Origin: Klebsormidium nitens
Lineage: Eukaryota; Plantae; Klebsormidiophyceae
Reading direction: 5' to 3'
Assembly: GCA_000708835.1 (NCBI GenBank)
Contig: DF237011.1
Span: 62,001-126,000, forward strand
Length of the DNA: 64,000 nt
Shown: one piece after another, positions 37,101-49,000 of the stretch
Position numbering within the stretch: position 1 is the first letter of the stretch
Layout of the letters: each line of letters opens with the position of its first letter
The notes under the pieces: generated by a model
Databases searched by the model: none
What the model saw: only the letters and a program-made list of their open reading frames with translations
Told to the model about the DNA's origin: nothing
Position numbers and translations under genes: made by a program

Positions 37101-40100
37101 GAGGTTAGAATCTCTGCGAACTTTCAAAAGAAAGAAATCAGGTCGGATTGGGTCCGCTGGTACAGAGAGATCAGGAGGTGATATCGGATGCGAAACAGCC
37201 CCTTTCAATTGCGCCAACCAGATACTGCCCAAACCAGATCGGTGATGCAGTGATTGGGATTGTCATTGTAGGATTCCAGTTCAGGGTCCAAGACGAAAGG
37301 GCTTTGAAGATATTCACGGGGTGAGAATCATTACATGAAAGAGAGAGATGCGTGTAGAGTCGAGGACCAGTGCTAAGCCTCCCGTGCTCCGGCTTGTAGC
37401 CTTCGACCTGTCAGGCTCAATGGCGGATCACCCCTCATTGACTTTCTGATAATCTGGATGGATTTTGGTGCATCACAATGAACTTTGGAAAGAGTATCAC
37501 CTCTGTAAGAGCCTGTACAAAATTTAGGCTGAATCCTCTTTTGTCGAGGAAGTCCAAGCTTTAACTTCAAAGATGGTAGCAACCTTTTCTATGCTCCAAG
37601 GAAGTGAGTGGTGGTAATATGCTGCCTCGAATTTTTAAGCGACGGGCTTTATTGCAGCTGGAAATCATGGCCAATGCCCACCTTGCCCATAACCGAAGAG
37701 GGGAATGAGCGGGAGTGACTATTAGGCCTGAAATAAGGACTCCAAGCTTACCATATGTAGGCCACCCATATTGTAAGGCTTGTCCTTTTAGCGCCCTGCG
37801 ATAAGCGCGAGGTCGAGAGAGACCACTTGCAGAGTACCCAAACTGGATTTGAACCCGTTCTAAAACCCTGCCGGCGACGTGCCAGGGTATTTGTAACCCG
37901 CTACCGTTGCTCGGCTCCAATGTAAAACTTAGTCTAGCCCCATGACCCTTACTTATGACCCATGACCATGACCCGTACACATGACCCATGACTCATGACC
38001 CGTACCCATGACCCATAACCCATGACCCATAACCCATGACCCATGACCCATAAACCATGACCCATAAACCATGAACCATAAAGCATAACCTCAAAACTCA
38101 GCTTCCAGCGCGTACCTCATCAGGGATCTCCAGAGGTGCGTCCTCGTCCCAGTCCTCCGGCTTCGTGGCCTCAGGGTCCGGGATCTTGGCGACATCGACC
38201 CAGTCGGCGGGCTTCGTGTCCTCCGGGTCATCGATCTCCTCCTCTGGTTGGAACGGGGGCGTAAAGTCCTCCTTGAAGCTGGCGGACTTCTTCTCCTCAC
38301 CATCGATGAGGATGAGGACCTGCAAAAGAGACCTTTCTTATAAATCTCAGAAAGAATATGGTGGTCAGAACATTGAGGAGCCACAAATCCAATCTGCAGC
38401 ATGTGCTGAACTGGGGCCTGGTGGAAAGAGTAAGACGGGCTGAGAAAGCATGGATAGAAGAAGAGCGAAAGGGGTCCTGCGAAAGTTGCCCTTATGCTTC
38501 TGCTTCAATATAGCTGATCACAGCCACCACCCTAAGGTGGTAATCAAAGAAAGAACCTTTCAAGTCTCAAAGGGAGTCCTCTTCTGGTTGAGATAAATGC
38601 TATTCAGTGCAGAGAGCAGACTCTGTGTTGGAGAAAAGGCAAAGTTGACTAAAAGCCTTAAAAGCCTTTCCTCGATTCTGCAAACTGCTACTGCCACGGT
38701 CCTGGAGGTGCTGCGCTGCAGAAAGTTATTTTTTCCTGACCGCATTTCAAGTCTTCTATTGGAGATAGCGGCCGCCAGACACTTGACCTTTCCACTGGGG
38801 ACAATCAGCCTGGGGAGCAAAACAAAATGACCTGCACATAGCTTTAAACCGCAGAAACCCTCACTTCAACAATCAAAGTTGTGGCCGTAATGGTGCAAGA
38901 GTGCAGCTCAAAGGCCATCCTGTGCACCTGACATGCAGTTTAGCAACTCTCTTTGAATCAATACTTAATCAGGTTCCAATGATCAGCGTTTCAGCAGCTT
39001 GAAAAGCGTCTACTGTTGGCATCAATCCGTTTGTTTGAAGAACAAGAGTAACGAGGATACGCTAAATGCATATTCCCACCTTCTCCTCCTTGGGCTTGAT
39101 GACGGCGGTGTAAACATGCGTGTTCTTGTCATTGATGGGGAAGGGGGGGTTGTTGAGGTGATGCTCCACGTACTCTCCGGACACGGGGTTCTTCACGCGA
39201 ACAATGAAGTGGACCTTGTTGGTGGACCCGCACTTGTCAGGCCCGAACATGACGGAGTAGCCCGTGTTGTCCTTGAGGTCGGCAGCAGTCCACCCAGCCT
39301 CCTGCAAAGGAAGAAAGCGCCACAAGGTAAATGTAAGTCCAACAGAAGAAAGAAGATATTAAGATGCTGAACAAAATAGCACTTCACTTTCCTTATGTTC
39401 CCTGGCGTTGCCTGCACGAATCCGCTAACAAACTGATGAGAGTCCAGTTCTCCCTGCAAGTGTCAAAATTCAGGGCGCCTTTTCCTCTTTCTATCACTCA
39501 CAGCAAGTGAAAGTGATTGATGGAGATCTAGCGCCCTACTTTGGAGAAATGTGACTGGCTTCTGACATGGCAATTGGGAGATTGCAAGAGACTTCACCTC
39601 ACATACCAGGGTGGCAGGATTGGGGGGATGCAGAAGAGATGCAGCGAGGAAAAGGCCAGATGGTGCAGCATCAGAGCCTTGGCGGACAGGCCAAGGCTCT
39701 CTGATAATCATCAACAAAATGTGAAAGGTGGTGGCGCGACAGGCAATTAGTGCACTCAAGCTTTTCAAGCTGGATTGAATGGTTGGAAAGTGATTGAATC
39801 GCTGATGCGCAGCAATCAAGGTAGCGCTTTCTGCAGAATGCATTTTCCACGATCAAGCTAAAAGCACTCGATATAACAAAGTGAAGTTCCAAAGAAGATC
39901 AGTCCTGAGGGCTTCGGATTTGTTTGGTGGTAATAAGTCTTCCTTTTAGTTTGTGCAAACGAAAGCTCTGTTCAAAGCATGTCAAAGATGTTGCTGTCAA
40001 ACATTGTGCTTGTTTCTGCAAATTCTGAATAAGCAACAACACGGATCAGCTTCAGTTTGCCATCAACATTTGTGTGAGACAGCATGAAAGGCGTCGGACA

Positions 40101-41662
40101 TGAAACCTTTTACAATTCAGTGCTTACCAAGTGAAACCCTAAAAGGGAAAGGCGCTCTAGATCTATCGTGGCAAACATCGACCAGAAAAATGGCACAGTT
40201 TTGCAGTTTGATTGTAGTGTCAACGCTGCGAATCCGGATTATTGTTCTACAACTTATTCGTCGGCACTTCCCCTTCAATTGTGCTGTCATTGCTACAAGT
40301 CTTGTTGGGTGGATCACTTGCCAGTAGTGCGAACCATCTTTTTCACAACTTGAAGTCATCTTACCAAGCTCGCAGAAGAAATCGCAAAACCGAACCTGCT
40401 GAGCAGAATCATTGTTTGAACAAGACGCCTCACCTGAGGGTGCAAGAACTTGAGGTATGCGCCTCCACATTCGATCCCCTCCTGCAGCCGTACTTCATAC
40501 TGAATAACGGTGTCCTCGTCATTCAGGTCAACTGTCTCTGGGAGGTCCACCGCGATGCCGTACTTGCGAGCCTTCTCAGTGACCAGAAGACCGTAGTCGT
40601 CATGGCCTTTGCTCTTGGAATACTTCCATGGCCCTGCAGTGATGCACTGATTTCATGAGATGCTCATAATGCATTGTCAATTAGAATTGCTTGTTTCAGG
40701 AAAATAGAAGAGAGCCTTGGTCTGTGAAGGTAAGATTTCCAACCGCACGTGCCAGTTTACAGCTAAAGTCAGCAAATGTCTGTCTGATATTTGTCAGTCT
40801 GATCGCGCAAACTGCTGTGCACAATAGATTTGGAACTCTACGAAGGAGAGCAGCTAAAATTTGGAAAAAGGCATTTCTAAACACGCAAGTTACTTTATTG
40901 CAGATCCTCTTTCAGCACCATGCGCAGGGAGACTTTGATAAAATGAAACTGGAAATTCTCTTCGGAGCACCACGGTGGACACAAAAAGTGTATGAAATGA
41001 CTAGCTTCTTTCGTGCGCTGTTGTCCACTTGGATCCTGGAGGCAATGCAGGTAGAGAACCCAAGTGGTTGGAAAAATGGTCCTAAGCAATCACCAAATCT
41101 AGCTGAGATTTGAGATGCAGCACACCGTCACTCAACTAACCGGACAACTTGGACTCTCAATGCATACTTCTCCTAGTGAACTTATGAATCATGATTGCTG
41201 TCAAATTATGGTGCTGGTGATCCAAAAATAATCTCACCCTTGTAGTCATCCAAGTTGGATGGTATCCACCGCCCCTCCCAGTCGTCATCAAAGGTTTCGA
41301 CAAAGACGGATTTGTCCTTGATGTCAGCCTGCAAGCAGATTCATAACATTCTCAGATGCAACAGATCTTTGTCATCGACTTGCGGTGACAGAGCAGATTC
41401 CTCTCCCCTGCCTCGGTGACTTTTAAAGGAACACTTGCTGGGTGACAGACACCACTTTCACCATCAAGTACAACGACATGAGCAGCACCTCCCTAACAAG
41501 AGTCTCAATTTTAATACACAGCGTGCAGATGCACAAGAACTGCCGCATAAACCTTTGATGAAATTTGTGGACACTCACCACAGCGTCATCAGCTCTGACG
41601 AGGCCAGCAAGCAAACAAAGTGACGCAAACAGCATCACCGCCAAGGCGGCTGAGCGCGCCAT
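34188..41662 (-). CDS. CNX1: Calnexin
   Basis: Exons (minus) 41662-41579, 41328-41238, 40633-40434, 39301-39080, 38319-38116, 37064-36807, 36131-35805, 34855-34733, 34343-34188. Signal peptide, [28 protein letters not shown]-domain repeats ([28 protein letters not shown]), IEIWTM, a transmembrane helix and an acidic tail ending ARRRTRREN. Confidence 0.98.
37940..38090. repeat. Degenerate 7-bp minisatellite (CCCATGA/CCCATAA) in a calnexin intron
   Basis: About 150 bp of catgacc / cataacc / cataaac units abutting the donor of exon 38319-38116. Confidence 0.9.
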
Positions 41663-43049
41663 TCTGGCGGTTGTGAAGACAGTCCTTTTTTTGTCCCACC
41701 ACGGTCGACCTTCACCTAGCTTCCCCCCTGCGATCGCAGCACTTCAGAGCGCAGATCTATGATTCCTGCAGCCTCGTGACCTGCACTGGTGCACCAGGAG
41801 GAAAATCGGAAAGGAATGCAGTCCTCCCCGGCCGGCCCTTCTGCAAATTTGGAGAGTCAGTTGCTCCTGGAAATGTCATGCGAATCTGAGCCGTCCATCT
41901 GCCACAAGTTCCAGAGACCTGCACTTTTCACCCGCCGCCTTGGCAAGCGGTGACGTCGTCGCGCTCGTATCGTTCAACTTTTGTCCAGGTGGCATCAAGT
42001 CATTTGCTATGGTTTCTTACGAACCCTTCTCATTGGCTAAATGGACGTGTTTGTTGCAAGCCCTCAGCCGCATACTGACGCCGCCGCACTCCCGTAATCT
42101 GAGAGGGGCCCGGCTCAGCCCCGCGCTGTTTCTGGTAGCCGTCCGATTGCGGATGCTGAGTGCTGAACGGTTACCATTACAAGAAGCCACGGCTCCTACA
42201 AGACATAATTTATCAAGTTAAAAGGAGTTCATGTAAGTAGAATTTCATGTATCCTAGGACTAGTAATAGTTAATACAGTAGGCTAGCTTGCGTGTGAACT
42301 TGACAATTTCAGCAAGCCGTGTGAAATTTTGAATTACTGGCACCTGGGTATGCAGAGTGACTTTGGTGACACCATGTCATGAGCATCGTTGTTGCCTCGC
42401 CGCAGGAGGATCAAATCAACTTTAGTGGCAATGGTAACTTTAGCTAAGTAAGCTAACCCGAGCCATGCAGGGACATGAGCTGCCGGCCCAAATCCGCTAT
42501 CATGACTGAGACGGATCATGGGCCATGCACGTGACTGAAAGCAGGGCGTGTGAATGTCACTGCTGGCCCAGCATGGGCCGGTAACATTGGGACTCCGGGA
42601 GACCATTGTAGGAGCTTTTTGCACGTAAGAGTGGGGCCATCATTTGTACAAACATGAATGATGCCAAATGGTGAAACTTTCTAACCAGAGGCCGTGAATA
42701 AAACCCCGACCTCTACCTTGTGAACTATACCCGCGGCGCAATTTCTCTGGTCGAACCTTGCTCTTGCAAGAATGACCCTGCCCAGTTCCAAATAGGGCTC
42801 GACGGTAGCTACTCTTCAGCGCGAGTTGTCGCTGCAGCCATGGCATGGCATGGCATCACATATCCAGATATTTGCGGACACCATCACCGCGTGCATGTTC
42901 GCAACTTGGCCATCCTCCCCATATGCGGATCAAGATTAAAAGAGGTTTGCAATTGTTCGTAACAGACTGCAACGTCGGTGTTCATACACTCAAGACAAAC
43001 CACAATGATAAAGGGCAATTTATCGAAGTTTCTTCGAGGGCACTGTTTC

Positions 43050-46000
43050 TCAAAACTGTTTCCCAAGTTGTACCTTCTTGATTGCACTAGCTGCTTGGAA
43101 CAGGATCCCATCAACGATTCCAGCAACCTGCATTGACAAACACCGGCGTCAGTACCATCCAGGGATGTGGACGGATCTTTGAAAGCGGGCATCATGGATG
43201 CTGCAAGATTTCGACGCCAGTTTCACTCTGCTCTGTTCGCTTGCGTCACCTCTTCGAAAAACGTGGATCTATAAGCGGACCGCAGAAAACAACGAGCAGG
43301 CTGGGCCGCCCATTCCGCCTAACCTCTCTAATAACCATAACCCACTCACCGTAAACACTCCTCCGATGATGGCGCACACGTTCGTGATGAAGTGCGAGAA
43401 CGACCGGCTGTTTTCCGTGATCACGACTTGCATGGGGGACAGCTCGTAATGGAACTTCGCCACCGGGACCGCCGCCGAGTTGAAAACGTTGCTGTGCGCC
43501 GTGTAGTCGTAGCTCTGCACGTACTGGTGCGCCGGCAGCTTGAGCGGCTCCACTGACGTCAGCACTACTTGCAGGTAGTGCTCGTGCTGCAAACGAAAGT
43601 GGGCACCGTTAGATTGTTGCTGTGCAAGTGGAAGGAAAACCATCTCGTCCAGAGACGATGCAGAGCGAAAGCTGGTTGTGTGGCTCCATTGCGCTGGAAT
43701 GGAATATTCACGAGCGCTTACCGTCTGATCGCCGCTGTGCGGTGATAGATGGCCAATAACCGTCCAGACAAGGTGCCAACTGAAAGCTGACTCTAAACTT
43801 GATCGCTTACAGCATTGACCAGCAAAGTACGATCGCCTTGTCTTACCGTCAGCTTGTCGCTGTGCAAAAGTAGTTTACTATTCGCGTCAAGTAAAACAGG
43901 GAACTAAAGGGGCTTGCACAAGGACGTCCAGCAGCAAAAGCGACTGAAAGCCGCTGTGCCGCATCACCGTAAGGTTGCGATGTGCGAGTGGAACCAGCAA
44001 CTTACCATTCACACATCTTACAGAACAAGTGCTGCCTCCAGACACGCTTTTCAATCAGGAAGTAGCAAGAAACGACCTCTTCGTCTCACCCTCAAATTTC
44101 TGTGCGACTGCCAACAGCAGTTTAGTAATCACTTTGAGCGTGCAAGGAAAGCGAATTAGCTGGCAGACTAGCATCCGGGACAACAATCGAGGATCCTTGT
44201 GCCTTACCGTTGTCGCTGTGCGCCCTGTGAGGCGGTCCTCCTCAGCGCGGTAGTTCAAGCAGATTGCAAAGCGGAAGCGAACTCGAAGCTCGATCGCTTC
44301 AAACCGAAAAGCAGAGGTGTTAACCACCCTGTCTCACCATGATTCCGATGCTTTGCAAACATGAAGAGCGACTTACCGTCCAGATAAAGTGGTAAAATGA
44401 AGCCAACTCAAGTTCTCAATCGCGTTGACTTGAAGCACAAAAACAAACGCTGCTTTGTCTCACCGTAAGGTTGTCGCTGTGCGAGTGGAAGAGCAACCTG
44501 CCCGTCCAAACAGACTGCAAACCAGTTGCTGACTCGAGAAGTGACCCCTTTATACCAACCAGCAAAAAACAGCTTTCAAAACAAAATATCAGAAATAACG
44601 ATGACGTTGTCGCACCGTCAGGTTGTCGCTGTGCGAGTGGAAGTAGCGCCCGGTTAGGCGGTCCTCCCCGGCGCTCGGATGGTGGCTCCAGATGCGGTCG
44701 ATCTCGTGGTACTGCTTCAGCGTCGGCTTGCGCCCAAACGAGAACGAGTTGACGCTGTGGCTCATGTTCATCGTGGCTGGGTCGAACGAGTGGCCCGCGG
44801 AAACGGCCGCGACCTGCAGAGATACGAAATGAAAGTTTCATAACAACTTCAAAAGCGGTCGATCTCGTGGTACTGCTTCAGCGTCGGCTTGCGCCCGAAG
44901 GAGAACGAGTTGACGCAGTGGCTCATGTTCATCGTGGCCGGGTCAAATGAGTGACCCGCGGAAACGGCCGCAACCTGCGCAATGAATCGCGACTCTCAAA
45001 AACTGTGCTATTTTCAGAAACTCCGAGCGTTTTTCACTTGCTCTAGCACGCCTTCCCTGAAATGAGGATAGATGAAACGAGCCGACTCCGCCACAGTCCT
45101 TTTATGCGGAGGAAGCCCTCCATGTGGCACTCGAGAGGAAAGCCCGTCCCTTCTCTAGAACGCATGGATCAATGCAGCCTACCAAAACCCAGAAAAACTT
45201 TCCAACCATTACTTGTAGGTTCTCGGAAGATTCATTCACAAGAACGAGGCTCTTAATTCGGCACCCGGAGCTCTGGGGCGCATTCTTTCCATTTTGGAAA
45301 AGATATCAACATACCAAGGAAACAATTACAGCCATACCTGCAGGTTCCCACGGAAATAATCACAAGGACAAACCCTCGACCTGAGATTCGAACCGCTGAG
45401 GGGCTTTTTTTCCTTTCACGAAACACCAACAAACCGAGGAAGGAAATCAATCATACCTGAAGATTACCAGGGACCTTCTTTACGTGGACGAACCCCTCGA
45501 TCTGGCACCCGGAGCTCTGAACACTTCCTTCTCAAGTAAACACGCAAAGCAAAGGGAATTCAAGGACAGAAGACAAACGCCGCCGTACCTGCAAATTCAC
45601 GGGACCCTTCTTCACAAGGACAAACCCCTCAATTGGGCACCCGGCGCTTTGGGCGCTTCTTCACATTCTACAATTTCGCTCGAGTTCAAAACACTGACAA
45701 AAGAAAGAAACGTATTGCAACCATACCTGCAGATTCCCAGGGACCTTCTTCACGAGCACGAACCCCTCGATCTGGCACCCGGAGCTCTGGGGCGCTTTCG
45801 CGACCACGCGCAGAGCGCGCCCGTCCTTGCCCATCCAGGGGGGAACGACCTGCTGGGCGGTCGCGCCTGGGAGCGCATGCGCGCGCTGCTGGAGGCCGGT
45901 GGCCAGGTCGTCGGCGAACTAGAGAGAGGGGAGATGTAGAACAGGTCAGGAGCCGATTAGATATTGTGAAGTTCTAAGGGGGGGACTGCGCGGTCGCGCC

Positions 46001-49000
46001 TTGTAGCGCATGCGCGCAGGAGGCATTTAGCCAGGTCGTCGGCAAATAGAGAGGGGAGAAAAGGAGCGCGTCAGAAAACGACGGCTTGAGATTAACGATT
46101 CAAAGGAGTCAGGAAGACGACCTCCTGCGCGATCGTCCGATCTTGATAGGAAAGTGACGCGCGGCCCACTTGCACCCAGAAGCGCATGCGCGCGCCGCTG
46201 GATTCAATGGCCAGGTCGTCGGCGGCCAGAGAGGGGATCAGAAGGGACCCCTAAATAGCATGATGGCAACTCAACAATTGAGTTGTCAATAAGACAACAT
46301 GCTGTGTGGTTGCGCCCGAGCAACCAGTAGCCAGTTCGTCGGCAGACTGAGGAGAAGGGAAATGGAGCAGATCAAGGACTAGATTTGGCCAGGTCATGAG
46401 CGAACTGACAAAGTAAAGGAAGAAACGGATCAGCATACGCTGCTGGAATATGATGGCAAAGTCGTGCACAGCGGTGTCAAATGAAATTGGGTGGGTTTCA
46501 AGCCGGTTCAAAATGCCCCACGTAACTCTCGAGCGATGTATCCAAGCTTGGAGGATTCTCAAGTTGATCACAAACCGCAAAGTCGGCTACCGTGATAGCA
46601 GTTTCTCCACCCCCAACTTCTTCACTTGAGACCGACCTTCTCCTGACTATGTGAGAGAGGGTGATAAAGGGCAAGGCCTGGCCTGAAACTGCTTCCAGAT
46701 GATTATGGTCAACCATTTCAAGGGTTCAAGTCTCAGGATGTATTGCCCGCCTGATCATTTTTGCACACCTAGGGGATGGCCGAAGCGATCCCGACACAAG
46801 TAGAAACCACCGTCGCACCCAGACGACTGGCATTGACCGTCTCGGCATGTGTCATTAGTAGGCCTTACCTGCGTAATCGCAGCCTCCGTTCGGTCTCCAT
46901 AGTAGGACTCGTGATCGTGGTGCCCCTGTGCCGCTCGGACGTCCTGGCCGGAGCGGAAGATGCGGATGGACGGGAAACCTTGCACGTGGTGCCTGTGGTC
47001 AAAACGTCATCAGAGACAGGTTAAGAAATGGAGACGGGTTATGAGGACGGGTTAAGCATCGCAGGCTATGTTAGTCTTGTCGTCATCCGGAACCTCGAAT
47101 CTGCAGCGAAGCACAAGCTTTGCACCATCTTGATTGCGAGAGTCACGTTGGATGATGAGCATCGGCTGATGCCTCTGCGTGTAATCAGCGTTCCTATCAA
47201 ATTCGACACAGGTTTGTGGCACGGGGTAGAAGGCGACGTTCTGGCTCCACTCCGTCTAAGGACTGTGCAAAAGAGATTCGAAATCTGGACCTTCCAGCAT
47301 GAACAGGTTGACAGAACCTCGCCGTGATGTGCCCCTTATGCAACAAACGCTCTTTTGCCGAGTCTAGCTTCGCTGCTACGAGAGCCTATGTTCATGATAA
47401 AGTTGCTAGCAGTAAAGTTTGAAGTACGGAGTACAAAGCCAGCAACACTAAGAAAAGATGGAAGCAGAAACGGTGACCATCCTACTCAAGAGGAATCCTA
47501 GCATACAAATGTAGAAAGCAACTATTGTCAGCGAACTGCAAAGGAAGAGAAGAGGCCTTACTTCCGACAAAGGGCGACTTCAACTGTGCAGTCCACCTTG
47601 GCAAGCAGGATCTGCGGGTTGACATCAACATCGTACCTGCAACATGACAACACCATCCTCGTCAGACAAAGAAGATGAGATAAGTTGAGCAGAAGAATCA
47701 CGTAACTTCGACACGCAATTGATGGTTCACAAACACTGAAAGTTTCTTCCAAGGAAGAAGCAGCCCCGGTTTCGTTTGCGCACCATAAGCAAGGAGCAGC
47801 TGACGTAGTTTCAACAGAGGAACCAGGATCGAGCGATCACGTCGCGGTTGACAACAACATGTAAAGCACTCCTAACGACAATAAAAGACTTGAATTACGA
47901 ACCGTAAATAAAGATTGCCATGGAGACTTGAAACGCTGAGACTTCTCTGGACACAGACCAGTGTCAGTGCACTCAAAGCAACGAGCGTATACTCCAAAAT
48001 CGGGTCGAATTTCTGTTTAACCACAACCTTCTATTGGCACTCCTTCTTGTCGGCGCTTTTTTTCTCAGTCCAAAGTACCCCTGCAGCATACATAACTTCT
48101 AAGAGAGGACCCTAACCCGGTAGGAGACCTCTTCAAGACAAATGCGCCATAATTTAGGCAAGTAAGGCGAGGGAAAGGAAGCCATACTTCTTCAACATCG
48201 CCTTTGCAGAAGCTTCCCAGACTGGCTCCAGCCTCTGACTCCAGGGGCACCAGGGTGCGAAGAAGTTGACCATCACGATGGGGAAGGACCTGGTTCACGG
48301 CAGACGAAGGGTTCACGCAAAAGTTTTTTGACCAATTCTGCTTCTCGGCAATTCTGATCGTCTCACTACCCGTTGGGTCTGGTCTTCGAGGAAGAATGTA
48401 CAACCACGACTTGACGGCAAATCGTAATGGTATTACAGGATTTGACATTCTTCTTTGAATCCTTGCGGATGATCGAGCCGTGGATTACGTTGACAGGGTC
48501 ACCTGACAGGTTCCGCATTGAAGATAAGGCCCGAGTCGATGGTTGGAGGATTTGAGATTTATAAAGTTGACGTATCTTCTCGTGCTCAAAGTGAAAGGCT
48601 CAAAGGCAACAACTTCGACCTGGTAAACCGCATCTTTCCACCTTAACACGCTAAAGAATGATATGATATGAGATTCACCACAGTAGTTTTTCCTGTATTT
48701 GGGCTGGTTCTGAGCACCGATGCACTTTCAGATTGTGATTAAATCCCTGACCGCGTTGATTGCTTTCAGAAACCAAAAGCGACATCTCATGACTGCTTCA
48801 CATCCGGAGCTCACGCTATCCTACATATCCCCCAGGAGGAGCAGCTAGTAGCCTCACTCTTTGGTGATGGTGTCGAATGTGGCTTCGCTGAGAGGAAGGG
48901 CACCCCCGGGGTCCTTGATCGGAGGGGGATCCCCTTCCGGTGGCTGCCCCCCTTCTGCTAGCTGCCGCTCCTTGGCCTCCATCTCGGCGGCACCCTCGTC

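Noticed and set aside
42030-42050. ATTGG-N9-CGTG upstream of calnexin as an ER-stress element
   Set aside because: Spacing and orientation do not match ERSE (CCAAT-N9/10-CACG) or ERSE-II.
44855-44974. Echoes as classical mutually exclusive exons
   Set aside because: Each copy has only one splice site and part of the exon, and read-through meets a stop. Occasional use is not excluded.
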